Source of the DNA: the human T2T-CHM13v2.0 reference genome, Homo sapiens
Length of the DNA: 64,000 nucleotides
Direction: 5' to 3' (one strand)
Assembly (NCBI RefSeq): GCF_009914755.1
Contig: NC_060926.1
In this document: positions 12,974-53,848 of the stretch, piece after piece
Position numbering within the stretch: position 1 is the first letter of the stretch
How the letters are laid out: each line of letters starts with the position of its first letter
The notes under the pieces: generated by a model
The model's input: only the letters and a program-made list of their open reading frames with translations
What the model was told of the DNA's origin: nothing
Databases searched by the model: none
Made by a program: the position numbers and the translations under genes

Positions 12974-14594
12974 ATAACCAAATTTATTTGTCAATCATGT
13001 TCTTGACTGTAACTACACTGGACATTTTGTCATTCATAGACAATTGTTGTCTTGCTTTGATTCTTTTCAAAAGATGGTTTGTAATCAGCTATAGAACTTT
13101 GACAGGTGCTCTAAAATGCAGGTTTCTGAGAACTTTGGAGATTATAATATTGGAATAGAGGGAAATGTACAGGATTCATGAAGAGCTGAAATGTTCATGA
13201 ATATCAAGCAGAACAAGAGTTAATGGAATAGACTGAGCTAATAGAAAACTGAAGTAATCTTTTTAACTTTTGGCTTAAAACGTTGCTGATCCTTGTTTTC
13301 CAGAGGCAAGGAAACTTATTTTGAGTTATCTACAGTCTTTAATAATTGAGTAAGCTATACTCTTCTGAACAAAATTTGGAGCGTATTTGTTTCTCTCTCT
13401 GCCTGGCTTCTCCTGAATTTGGAAACTATTTGTAAGTATTCTTACCTTGCGGCAATACAGTTATTTGCATCAGTGTAATAAAAGTCCATTTTCTTTTGCA
13501 ACAGGACACAATTGGAGAAACTGGTTGTTTACCAAGGCTTTGACTGGAAGGATATGCTTCCACTTAAGGAATCTGGCTTGACTTGAAGAGCCAATAAAAG
13601 CCCCCTAGGAAAACTGGCCTCATTCCTTGTCTACACCATCCCTGCACAGGATTCCTAACCTGTGATGACTAAAGAATGTCATTTTCTAACGGGCCCTATG
13701 TTTTTGGGACTTAAAGAAGAGAGAAATTCACAAAACTCATAGGTGTTTGAGGGTACAAACCCACGGCTAGGCTGGGCTTTAAAAGGTCTTATCTGAGATT
13801 TCTTGTGGAACAGAATTCCCTCAAAGCCAATTTAAAAGCCTATGTGAAAAATAATTATTCTTGCTGCACTTTATGCAAATAATCAGGCCAAGTATAAGAC
13901 TAAAATCTATTTTGCAAACAACTCAGTCCTATCGTGATTTGTTTTTGATAAAAATGAGGACTGGAGAGAGAAAAATTATGTTTCAAAACATATATGCTTG
14001 TCATTAAATTCTAATCTCATCAATTGTTTTTAAGATTTTGCCTACATTTTAGACTAACCTTGCTTATTCCTGTGAAACAACCAGTGATCTCTGGCTACAG
14101 ATCAGAAGAAACAAAAGGGATGGGTAAAGTAAAAATCTGGATCAATGTTTTAATTCTGAGCAATTATCTTGCAAATCCTGCCAGGTGAACCCAGAGGGTT
14201 CTTTTTTTTTTGGGAAAATAAGACCAAGGGAGCTAACCAAAGCAAAGCACCATGCATCCAAATCTTAGCAGGCATAGCTGTAGCCATCAGTTATCTGGGC
14301 ATATTGGCAGCCTTGGGATTTTTGAGCTGTCCTTCCCCCCTTGTTTCATTTTTATATATGTCTGCTAATAACCCAAATTGTTTATTCTCATTTAGAGGCC
14401 ATTAAACTTCAAATGATGATGCAAATGAATCCATGCATGAATATGCTATTCTTCCAGGGACCCTTAAACCATACTTAGGAGGAGCCCTAATTCAGCTTTC
14501 CCAAAACAGCACACCCTGTCAGCAGGAAGCAGTTAAGAACAGTCATTATCCACTTTCTCTAATAGCAGTTGGGGTCTCCTCCTGGAGGGGGTAA

Positions 14595-15051
14595 TGAAAG
14601 GAGTTAGCCAGCTTGCCTTAGGCAGACAGTAAGAGAAGGGTCCCCAGAGAACCGGCGACCCACCCCACAAGCACTTACATCAGTTGTTTTGTGCAGATAA
14701 GGGAACTTGCACAGGAGGCTTACCTAAACATGCCTACAGTGGAAAATCCCATCCCTTAAAACATGTGCAGTAAGGAAAATAAATCAATATGGAGCAAGTC
14801 AGTCTAAGTGCCCGCATGTTCATTGGAAGGACGGGGTGGAGCTACCAGGAATTCACACCTTATGCCCTGGTATTCAACTGTGAAGGGGGCAGCCGGAAAC
14901 CTGCTTTTCAGGGTCCCTGTCTGCTGAGAGCCTTCCTTTCACTTAATAAATTCTACTCCACTCACTCTTTGATGTCTGAGTGCATATTTCTTCCTCGTTA
15001 TGAGACAAAAACCTAGACCTAGCTGAGCTAAGGAGCAAAAATCCTGCATCA
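14595..15051 (+). mobile_element. Complete LTR-B (MER61/MER83-like ERV1 LTR, tentative)
   Basis: TG...CA termini; preceded by polypurine tract ggagggggtaa; internal AATAAA near 14945. Confidence 0.75.
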
Positions 15052-16655
15052 TTGGTGTGGATATATTATTAATATGTGCTCCAAAATCATGTGAAATTTG
15101 TAAAATTCTGATATGTCTTTATATACATTGTCAGATATAATTATGATTGTTATTTTAAAATGTTGTCTGCCACAGAAATAACCAAATTTCCTTGTCACAT
15201 GCATCTTTAGCCATGGCTAAAGACTTAGAGTACTAAGTCCTTTGTCATCCACAGACATTTGTTGTCTTACTTTGATTCTTCTCAAAAAACGGTTTATAAT
15301 CAGCTATAGTCCAAAATTTGCTTTTTCTCCAAGGAGATTCTTGAAAGTGTACCTTGACAAGTACTCTTGAATACAGGTTTCTGATTACTTTAGATATTAT
15401 ATGATTGGACTGTGTAAAAACACTCAGAACTCTAATAAACTGATGCATTCACGAAGATTGCTAGCCCAACCTCAAGCACAAGAAAAGTTAATGACATGGG
15501 ACTGAAGTGATAGAGGACTGAAATGATTTTTAAGATGTTTTGTTTGAAGCATTGCTGATTCTTTTTATATTTTGTTTGCCAGAGTCATGAAAAAAATTCT
15601 TTTCAGCTATTTGTAGATTATAGCCATTGGGTAAAATAGATCTTTGTGAGTAAAATTGAAGCATTTGCCTTTCTCTCCACCTGATTTCTCCAAAATTTGG
15701 AAACTATATGTGAGCATTTTTATTTTATTGGCAATGTAGTTATTTGCATAAGTTTAATAAGAATCTGTTTTCTGTAACAGGACACAATTGGAGACACTGA
15801 TTATTTTACCAAGGCTTTGACTGGAATGGCATATTTTCAGATATAACCAGACTGCTTTGAAGAATTGAAATTGACTTTATAGAACCAATCAAAAGCCTCT
15901 TGAAAAGGATGGCATAGTAACTTATGTACATGGTTCCTTTTTAAGGTTTCTAATTTTGCAGTAAGTAAAGAATACCATTTTCTGACAGCTCTAGGGTCCT
16001 CAAGACATGTTGGAACCTCAAGAAGAGAGGAATTTACCCAATTTGTACAGGTATCACAGGTACATCCTGGTGGCAAATTCTTGGCTTGGCTTCCTAACCT
16101 CGAGGCTTTTAAAAGTGTAATCCAAAATGCCCTGTGAAAGTTCCAGCAAAGCCAACTTAAAACAGCCTATAGGTCTAATCATGATTCTTATTGCACTTTA
16201 TGCAAATAATCAGACCAAGTATAATACTATATCTTATTTTACAAGTAAATTGATCCTAGTAAGATTTATCTTTGGTAGAAATGGGAAACTGGAGAGAGTA
16301 AAATTATGTTTCCAAGGAAGATTATAGCATACCTGTTATTAGATCGCAGCCCTGACCATTAATTGTTTTTGAGTTTTTATTATTTTCCTAAAATTTGGAT
16401 TGAATCCCCAGTGAAATAGGTTTCACCACGTATCTCTCATTGCTGTACTTCTTCCAAGACAAACAAAAGCATAAAACTTCAAAAACTAGAGATAATTCAA
16501 CAAGCAATGGAAGTTATATAAATCACTTGACTGGGATCTATCTAGGAATGGGCCTTCCTTGGGATGCCAAGGGATGAAGGATGCCTATTCTAACCTAAGC
16601 AGAGTTTGATCATCAGTGCTTCCATGGGAAGATTTTTGATCTAAGTGGGGAGAAA

Positions 16656-17092
16656 AGAGAGAAGAAAAATAGCTCAGAGTAGTGTGAGCTATCTGAGGTA
16701 TGCAAAATTTATTAGGCCCAGAGAGATATGAGTACGTGACTTCAGTCATGCTCCCCACCTCTCACCCCCCCACTGTACTCATGCCTAGGGCAATTGTTTA
16801 AAGTCATTTTGTTTCTGACTAGCTACCTCATTCATTATCTTCAGGTTCTCGAACATCATGAGACAGACAACATGGATAGCCAATCAATAGCTTGTCTTAT
16901 TTTAATGTAATTCTTGCTAAACAACTTAGAAACTGCCTCTTATTTTCCTTTAAAAATCTACTTGTAACTGCTGCTGGTCAGAGAATATATTCAGAACAAC
17001 TTGAATCTATGGTCCCACAATGTGATCCTCAAGCTCTGCCCAAATAAAGTCTTTACTTATATTAATTATGACACAGCTTGTTTTTAGGTCGA
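16656..17092 (+). mobile_element. 3' LTR-A
   Basis: Preceded by PPT aagtggggaga; AATAAA near 17043; followed by the CCAG TSD. Confidence 0.7.
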
Positions 17093-17367
17093 CCAGCAAA
17101 AGATCTTGCAGGTAGAAGATGGATAGTATATGTTTCTTGGATTAAATTCATGACTATACACTATAATTATTTCTCTCTCAAAAATATGAATAGTTGGAAG
17201 TCAAAAAAGTGTTTTATTTCTCCTTGAACCATATTTCTGAGAAAATAATAGGTATGCACAACATAATTTGAAACATAAATTCACCAAGTGGACTCATTTC
17301 CATTTCATCCAGGAATTTATCTCAAGTGAAATAGAACTCATTTGGCCAATGGTAACATGGTAATATA

Positions 17368-17920
17368 TTTTTCCATCATCTATTGCTGTCTAACAAACTA
17401 CCCCAAAATTTATTGACTTAAACCTAACATAGTGACTTAAACTTAACAACGTATTATTTTTCACAATGCTGCAATCTGGGTTGGGCTCAGCTGAGCTGTT
17501 GTTCTTCTCCATGTCACATCTGCTGTAGGTATTCACTCACAGGCTTGAAGCCGGGTGGGTTAGAACAGCTGGGGCCTGGCCTAGCATCTCTTTCTCTCCT
17601 GTTCTCACAATCTGCCTAGCTTAGGCTTCTTTACAGTAAGGTGATCTCAGGATATTTGGGCTTGTTACCTGGTGTCTGGCTCCCAAAAGAGGAATCGGAA
17701 GCTGAAGATCTTTTAAAAACTGGTCTGCAACTGGCAACAGTGTCACTTCCACTGTGTTCTTTTCATCAAAAGTGAACCATAAAGCCAGGCTAGATTCAAG
17801 GACAGAGAAAACACATTTTATCTCTTGATGTGAGAAACAAAATGCACATGGAAGTAAATGGGAAAAGGTGAGGAGTTGGTGGAAGAATTGATGGCAGCCA
17901 TTTTTAGAGACTAGCTCCAC
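17368..17920 (-). mobile_element. MLT1-type MaLR LTR
   Basis: tctattgctgtctaacaaactacccc start and gcagccattttt...ccaca end, typical of antisense MLT1. Confidence 0.65.
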
Positions 17921-18010
17921 AATGTCTACAGCAAGACTTTCCATCTCCTGTAAGCCCTGTTCAAACTCTATTAAAGTGATCAAATTCACTTTAGGAGGCA
18001 ACTAAATAGC

Positions 18011-18410
18011 TGAAATAGTTTGTATATTAGTTCCTGCACAAATCTCACGTTAAATTGTAATTTCCAGTGTTGGAGGTGGGGCGTGGTGGGAGGTGATCTG
18101 ACCATGGGGTCAGGTTTCTCATGATGGTTTGGCACCATCCCTTTGGTGTTGTCCACACGATAGCGAGTGAGATCTGGTAGTTTAAAAGTGTGTTGCATCC
18201 ACCCGTTTCTCACACCTGCTTTCACCATGTGATGTGACTGCTCCCCTTTTGCCTTCTGCCATGATTGGAAGCTTCCTAAGGCTTCCCCAGGAAAAGATGC
18301 CGCTCTGCTTTCTGTGTGGCCTGCAGAACCATGAGCCAATTAAACCACTTTTCTTAGAAATTACCTGGTCTCGGATATTTCTTTATAGCAATGCAAGCAT
18401 GGCTTATACA
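18011..18410 (+). mobile_element. MST-type MaLR solo LTR
   Basis: TG...CA; caaatctcacgttaaattgtaa...ggaggtgggg; 5-bp TSD atagc/ataac. Confidence 0.85.
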
Positions 18411-19329
18411 ATAACTTTAGATTCAGTTTTGAGGTCTGCATCAAGATCTCTGAAACTTCACAAGGACAGCTTCCACACCCCAATTCACTTGAATATAGTT
18501 CCATTCAATGGTTATTGAACACTTACCAAAAACAACACCTTATTATTAGCCTTTTTCATTCATTCAACCTCATTTCTCCAAAACTTCCCGGGTCTCCTGC
18601 CCTTGTTCTTACTACTGGGCCTGTTGCCACATGACATTGTAAACCTGAAGCATCACATGCCTGGAGTGTCTGTTTCACTGCTCCTTGTTACCACTGTTGG
18701 AATAGGCTTGGAACAAACCCTCACATCCTCTTGGAATCCTAGGTAGACTCATGACCAGTGGTGGATACATTTTTGGGGCTCCTTCCTGTCTGCAGTTACT
18801 AATTCTTCTTGTATCCTCCTACCCTCACCTCAGGTAAACACTTATTTTGCTTTCATACCAAAGTAAATTTAGTTTTCATTTGTATTTCATGTTATTCTCT
18901 ACATATGTGTAGAAGCAGCCTGGAGCTTTGATGTGCTCAGCTGTGCCAGCTTTACCTTTATTAGAATACTAGACTCTTGACGGAGGATGTTATCTAGACT
19001 TCACCAAGATGGTTTCTAGACAAAACTCATTACAACTATTGTGGTCTCAGAGTTTTTGAAGTATTAAATGGTTTCAGTTGCTCTATCAAAGGAACAATGG
19101 AGTTTTCAATTATATGTTATATTCTGAGACTATCTCTCAATAGGAACATAAAAACTCAAGTAACTTTAGACTTTAAATGTATTTTCCTTTATGTATTAAT
19201 AAATTATTGCTTTATAAAATTGGTGTTGGAGACATAATTTTTCTTTTTCAAAATTAGAAAGTTAATCACAAAATAGGCTTTAGTGTTTATCTCAAAGGTC
19301 ACACTTTTAGAGATTAGTTTTACAAGAAG

Positions 19330-19510
19330 AAAACCAAAACCCACAGTTGAGAAATTGAGTTGAAAGTTAATATTCTTTACAGGAAATTCCTGTAAAGGAA
19401 ACCAGCTTACTCACTCTTTCAACTAAACCCAACCACAAACTTTATCTCATCAAGGAGGTTGGTCAGAGAAGAGTTTGAGATGCTTCTTCTTCAGAGCACT
19501 TCCTACTGAA
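19330..19510 (+). promoter_or_regulatory. Putative IL18RAP promoter: palindromic GAS/NF-kB element, RUNX, GATA and ETS motifs
   Basis: ctttacaggaa-a-ttcctgtaaag at 19375-19397; AACCACA 19431-19437; TTATCT 19442-19447; CACTTCCT 19497-19504. Motif matches only. Confidence 0.5.
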
Positions 19511-19514
19511 AGAG
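19440..19514 (+). other. IL18RAP: Possible first non-coding exon of IL18RAP (start approximate)
   Basis: Donor-like agag|gtagtt at 19514, upstream of the 19654 acceptor; lies just after the motif-rich promoter segment. Confidence 0.4.
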
Positions 19515-19654
19515 GTAGTTTATTTGATTTTCCTCTGTATGACCATCCATTTCACAATGTCCATGGTCATTTACAAAATAAGGTTTTCCTTTTTCCTCCA
19601 GTTATAATCCTTTATTTTTGAGCTGGTGTAACGTGGCTATTGTGTCTTCTCCAG

Positions 19655-19805
19655 GTATCTCTCTGGATAGGAAGAAATATAGTAGAACCCTTTGAAAATG
19701 GATATTTTCACATATTTTCGTTCAGATACAAAAGCTGGCAGTTACTGAAATAAGGACTTGAAGTTCCTTCCTCTTTTTTTTATGTCTTAAGAGCAGGAAA
19801 TAAAG
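19655..19805 (+). other. IL18RAP: IL18RAP 5'UTR exon
   Basis: Acceptor tcttctccag| at 19654 and donor aag|gtaaga at 19805; matches my recollection of the IL18RAP mRNA leader. Confidence 0.75.
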
Positions 19806-20425
19806 GTAAGAGAGCAGTACTTCTTTTTTTTCACTAGATTTCCTAACCAGAAAACATAAGTTGGGAGAATAGCTTAAATAATTTAAAAAATGAGTTGCTA
19901 ATACAATTACTTTTCAAGAAATATTTTAGAATAACAAAATGGGTTATTTACTAACAAAATTTACATCTCCATATATACGGAGTCTTCACTTAAAAAAACT
20001 GATGGTTATAAAATAAACCCGTTTAAAGTGCTTTGAGCATTTTACAGGAAGGGCTAAGAGCAGAGAGATTCAAGATATTTGCCAAATTTGAATGCCCATT
20101 TAAACTTAACTGTAACATCTTTGATGGCAGGTACTACAGCTTCATTTTCTGTTATCCCTAGACAATGGGGTCTAAAGCCACCATGGAGCATCTGAGAATC
20201 ATAATGATATTAGTTAAATTAAATACTGTCACTATTACACGAGACCAAATCTCTGTCTGCAGGTGTTCTCTGTGTAAAGTAGTTTAAGTCTGCCTTTGAT
20301 GGTGACATTTCTCTCCCTGGGTCTCAGATCCCTGTTGACACTGCTTTCTCCAGCACTTTCCTCTCTCTCCCCCGTTTCTCACCAAAAAGTTTTGTGGGTA
20401 AAGTTTAGTTCATTATTTCTGCCAG

Positions 20426-20662
20426 AGACAGCTGAAGGTGTAGCCTTGACCAACTGAAAGGGAAATCTTCATCCTCTGAAAAAACATATGTGATTCTCAA
20501 AAAACGCATCTGGAAAATTGATAAAGAAGCGATTCTGTAGATTCTCCCAGCGCTGTTGGGCTCTCAATTCCTTCTGTGAAGGACAACATATGGTGATGGG
20601 GAAATCAGAAGCTTTGAGACCCTCTACACCTGGATATGAATCCCCCTTCTAATACTTACCAG
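20426..20662 (+). other. IL18RAP: IL18RAP 5'UTR exon
   Basis: Acceptor atttctgccag| and donor cag|gtatgt; matches the recalled leader that splices to 24043. Confidence 0.75.
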
Positions 20663-21113
20663 GTATGTGATTATCATTGAGAATGGGCACTGCCATTCCA
20701 AGCAATGTGAGCCTTGGTTGTCCATCTGTAATATGAGAAAGACAGCACCCCGCTTCACTTTACAGAAAGTAAATGAGTGCCACATTATTTTATTCCCATA
20801 AGCAGAGTCTGAAGCTTGCTTTGGCTTAAGTTGCCCAGTGCTCAATAAATGATGTACTCTGCATTTTGGTGGCTCCTTCCGATTCGGTGAAGCATTTTAG
20901 TGACGGCAGCATGGAAGACATCACTTAGACATTAGATGGCCTTCAAAAGGTAGATATTAACAAGCAAGCCACACAGTGTGGGTGTGTTGTCCCACATAAA
21001 TGAGACTTCCAGAATGGTCTTGGGCTCATGTTGGTCAGTTGCCTACAATGCTGGCAACAGCTACTGTAACTCAGCACTAACCCACCTCCCCAAGCTCTAT
21101 GCTTATCCCTGAG

Positions 21114-21295
21114 CAGGGTTTCCCAAAAGTGTCTCCCAGATGAGCGTGGTGGCTCTGACACTTGTTTATAATGTAGGTTCCATTGTTCTTCTCCTTGAGA
21201 ATCTGATTTAATAAGTCCTCAGGAAGCCCAAAAATCTGCATTTGTAATAAGGGTTTCGGGTGATTCTTATAATCAAGATGATTTGAGAAACACTG
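21114..21295. mobile_element. MER5-like hAT-Charlie non-autonomous DNA transposon
   Basis: TIRs cagggtttcccaaa / tttgagaaacactg; 8-bp TSD tccctgag / tcccagag. Confidence 0.8.
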
Positions 21296-24142
21296 TCCCA
21301 GAGTGATAGCTGCAGCCTGCAATCAGCCCCAGGCAGCTGGAGGTCTGAGGCCAGTTGGTGGGTGGGTGCATCAGTAGGCAGTATCTGTCATCTCAAGGTT
21401 GGCGGACATTCCTGAGTGCTGGAGACTGCTGGGCATCGTGGTAACTAATTTGCTATAGGCTTGGACATTTAGACATAAATTGCGGGATGGTAGAGCTGGG
21501 AGGATCTTAGCAACCATCTGATCTTATGATTTACAAGTCAGGGAGCTTTTTTAAAAATTACAAATATCCCGACTTAAACATCAGAAATTCTGATTCCCTC
21601 ATTCTAAGGTGGAGGAACTACTGATACAGTCCAGACATTTTATTTTGCAGGTAAGAAAGCTGAGGTCCAAAAAGAGCCTAAGTGACTTAATTGGAGCCAC
21701 ACAGTATGTGAATCACCATAATAGATTGCTATGTGTTTGTTCTGATGGCTCTGGAAGTGTTTATCATTTTTTCAGAACACAGAATTTATTACTAATTGTT
21801 CATTTGGCACTCTCCTAGGATCAGGATATATGATTTCTGAAATGGGATATCTGCTCTTCAGGAGCTCCCAATCTAGTGGGAGGACAAGGTGTAAGGAACA
21901 ACTGATCTACTGCAGCATGGTTAAATCCTGAACAAGTCATTACTGAGCTCCTGTTATCAGCTAGGCACTATTCCTGCAGAGAGGCTGCAGGACTCAGAAA
22001 GACAAACTCAGTTCCTGCTGGGATGGAACTTATATTCTAGTTGGGGAGAAGTTTTAGGAGTAAGATATTTTCAGACAATAATATGTGCTAAGACAAAAGT
22101 CATTTAAAATGAGTAGCAAGAGAGATGGTTGATGGCAAGAAGGGAGAGGGCGCTTCTTTATCCAGGTGGTCAGGGAACGACTCTCTGAGGAAGAAATCAG
22201 GGAAGACATGAGAGAGCCAAACGCTACAGCATTTTGTCCATGGTGCTCTGGAATCTGTGCTTCATCACATGGGTGGTGGGAGCCGGTGACGTTTTGGGCA
22301 TGGAAATGAAATGCCCAGGCTTGCTGCTTAGGAAGATGTGTCTGGTGGTGGAGTTGGAGGACTGTTCTTTCGGAGACTTTGTGGACAAGGGAAAGGCAAG
22401 TGGGGAGACCACATCTTTAAAGGCCATTGCTGATCCTGCCTTGTTCCTTGGTTGCAGTCCTTGTAAGAAGAGCTGTCAGTTGTCAGCAATGGGGATAATG
22501 CAGTGACCTTAACACCTATCCGTGGCATTCTGCAAGGCGCATTGCACAGAACCCCCTTTCTTTCTTCCATGAACACGCCTTGCTCTCAGCAGACAGCCAG
22601 GTCAGCATCAGCAGCCAGGTGGTAGCATCCTGTACTTTCCTGTACTTTCTGGCTCCACCTGGACAAAGTGGTCTGGGCAGACTTTCCTTTTCACCTGCAT
22701 GGTTCTACCTGCCTCTTGTCCAAGATTAATCTCCCCATGGTATCAGGGACCCCACTTCTTCTGGCTTCCTGGGAGAAAGCAGTCCATGCACCCTCTCCTC
22801 ACTCTCACTTGTATTTGTCCTCACTGACCTGCTGACGCATTCCCCTCGCAGTGGAATCCTACCCAAGGCCCTCTCATCTCCAGAAATGAGCAAACACTTC
22901 CTCCTGTCTTCCTGCATCATGCAGACTCTAGCAGGCGTGGTTCTTCCCCGCTTCCCACATTCCCTCTACTCCTCTCTCTCCACCCTGAAGCTCTCCGTTA
23001 TCTCACCCCAGCTGCACATGCTGAGCTTTTGGTGGCCAAACCAAGACTCTTTGGTGGACACTTTTCAGTCCTTCTCATGCCCAACTCCTCTGCAGCTTCT
23101 GAAACTGATGTCTAGTCTCTCCTCCAAGCTTTCTCTGTCTGGATTGCCAAGGTGGTCTCTCTGCTCTGCTCCTTGCATTCCTTTTAGGTTTGTCATTCTT
23201 TATTTTCCATTAGCCCTGGCCTACTTTTAAAGGTTGAGGTTCCTCAGGGAAGTTCATCTGCCCTCCCTTATGGGGCAACAGAAACAATCCAGGCTTGTTA
23301 CAGATGCCCCAGGCTCCCTCCAGCTGCTGAAACTGAGACCCTGCTCTGAGCCATATGCCTCCCCACCCCTCTGCCCTGGGAATGCTCCAGCTGGATCCCC
23401 AAGATATTTCAAGTAAGTGGTTTGAAAGGTCCCATGACTGCCTTATCAAGAGAGGGGACTCAAGTCCTTTGGACACAGCCCAGATCTGATTCTCTGGAGG
23501 GGACCTGCTCCCCCTTTCATATTTGAGAGTTGATAGTGGTGCCATCCAGTGACAATTTTCCCTCTTGCATGTGGGGCAGGGAGAGGTAGGTGGCCTCTAT
23601 TCTCTAATAGAATAGACTAGTATATGCAAACATTCTCAAATTTTATAAATAGGAGCTATATCTCTAGCTTTCCTAACCGTGAAAAATCTGACAGTTTTAT
23701 TCAACTTGGGTCATTTTTTCAGGAAAAGTTAAACATAACTCTTTTCAAATTACTCATGGAAATACACATGCTAGGTGAGCACATCAAAGAAAAAAGATTA
23801 ATGAGGGGAAAAATGGCATTAAAAGAACACACTGCATAGAGCCTAGGGATATTGGGAGCTTGAGATGATTTGTAAGAAATGACACAAGTGAAAAGGTTGC
23901 TACACACCATTGGAAATACTCACGTAAGTTATAGGCAAGTGAAGGCCGGTTTGGGTAGGACCTGCCCTTTCAAAGCTTCCTGTGTGAGATGCACTTTGTT
24001 CACTGGTTCTGACTTCTTCATTTCCCATTTCTTGATTTACAGAAATGAAGGGGATACTCAGGGCAGAGTTCTGAATCTCAAAACACTCTACTCTGGCAAA
24101 GGAATGAAGTTATTGGAGTGATGACAGGAACACGGGAGAACA

Positions 24143-53157
<29,015 letters not shown>

Positions 53158-53540
53158 AATGAGCCCTGGAGCCCCCTCCAGTCCAGTCCCTGGGATAGAG
53201 ATGTTGCTGGACAGAACTCACAGCTCTGTGTGTGTGTGTTCAGGCTGATAGGAAATTCAAAGAGTCTCCTGCCAGCACCAAGCAAGCTTGATGGACAATG
53301 GAGTGGGATTGAGACTGTGGTTTAGAGCCTTTGATTTCCTGGACTGGACTGACGGCGAGTGAATTCTCTAGACCTTGGGTACTTTCAGTACACAACACCC
53401 CTAAGATTTCCCAGTGGTCCGAGCAGAATCAGAAAATACAGCTACTTCTGCCTTATGGCTAGGGAACTGTCATGTCTACCATGTATTGTACATATGACTT
53501 TATGTATACTTGCAATCAAATAAATATTATTTTATTAGAA
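53158..53540 (+). other. IL18RAP: IL18RAP 3'UTR (end approximate)
   Basis: Runs from the stop codon to about 15-20 nt past AATAAA; contains a short (TG)n near 53227. Confidence 0.8.
53519..53524 (+). terminator. Polyadenylation signal AATAAA of IL18RAP
   Basis: AATAAA about 360 nt after the stop, followed by a T-rich tract. Confidence 0.8.
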
Positions 53541-53548
53541 ATGAGTGA

Positions 53549-53848
<300 letters not shown>

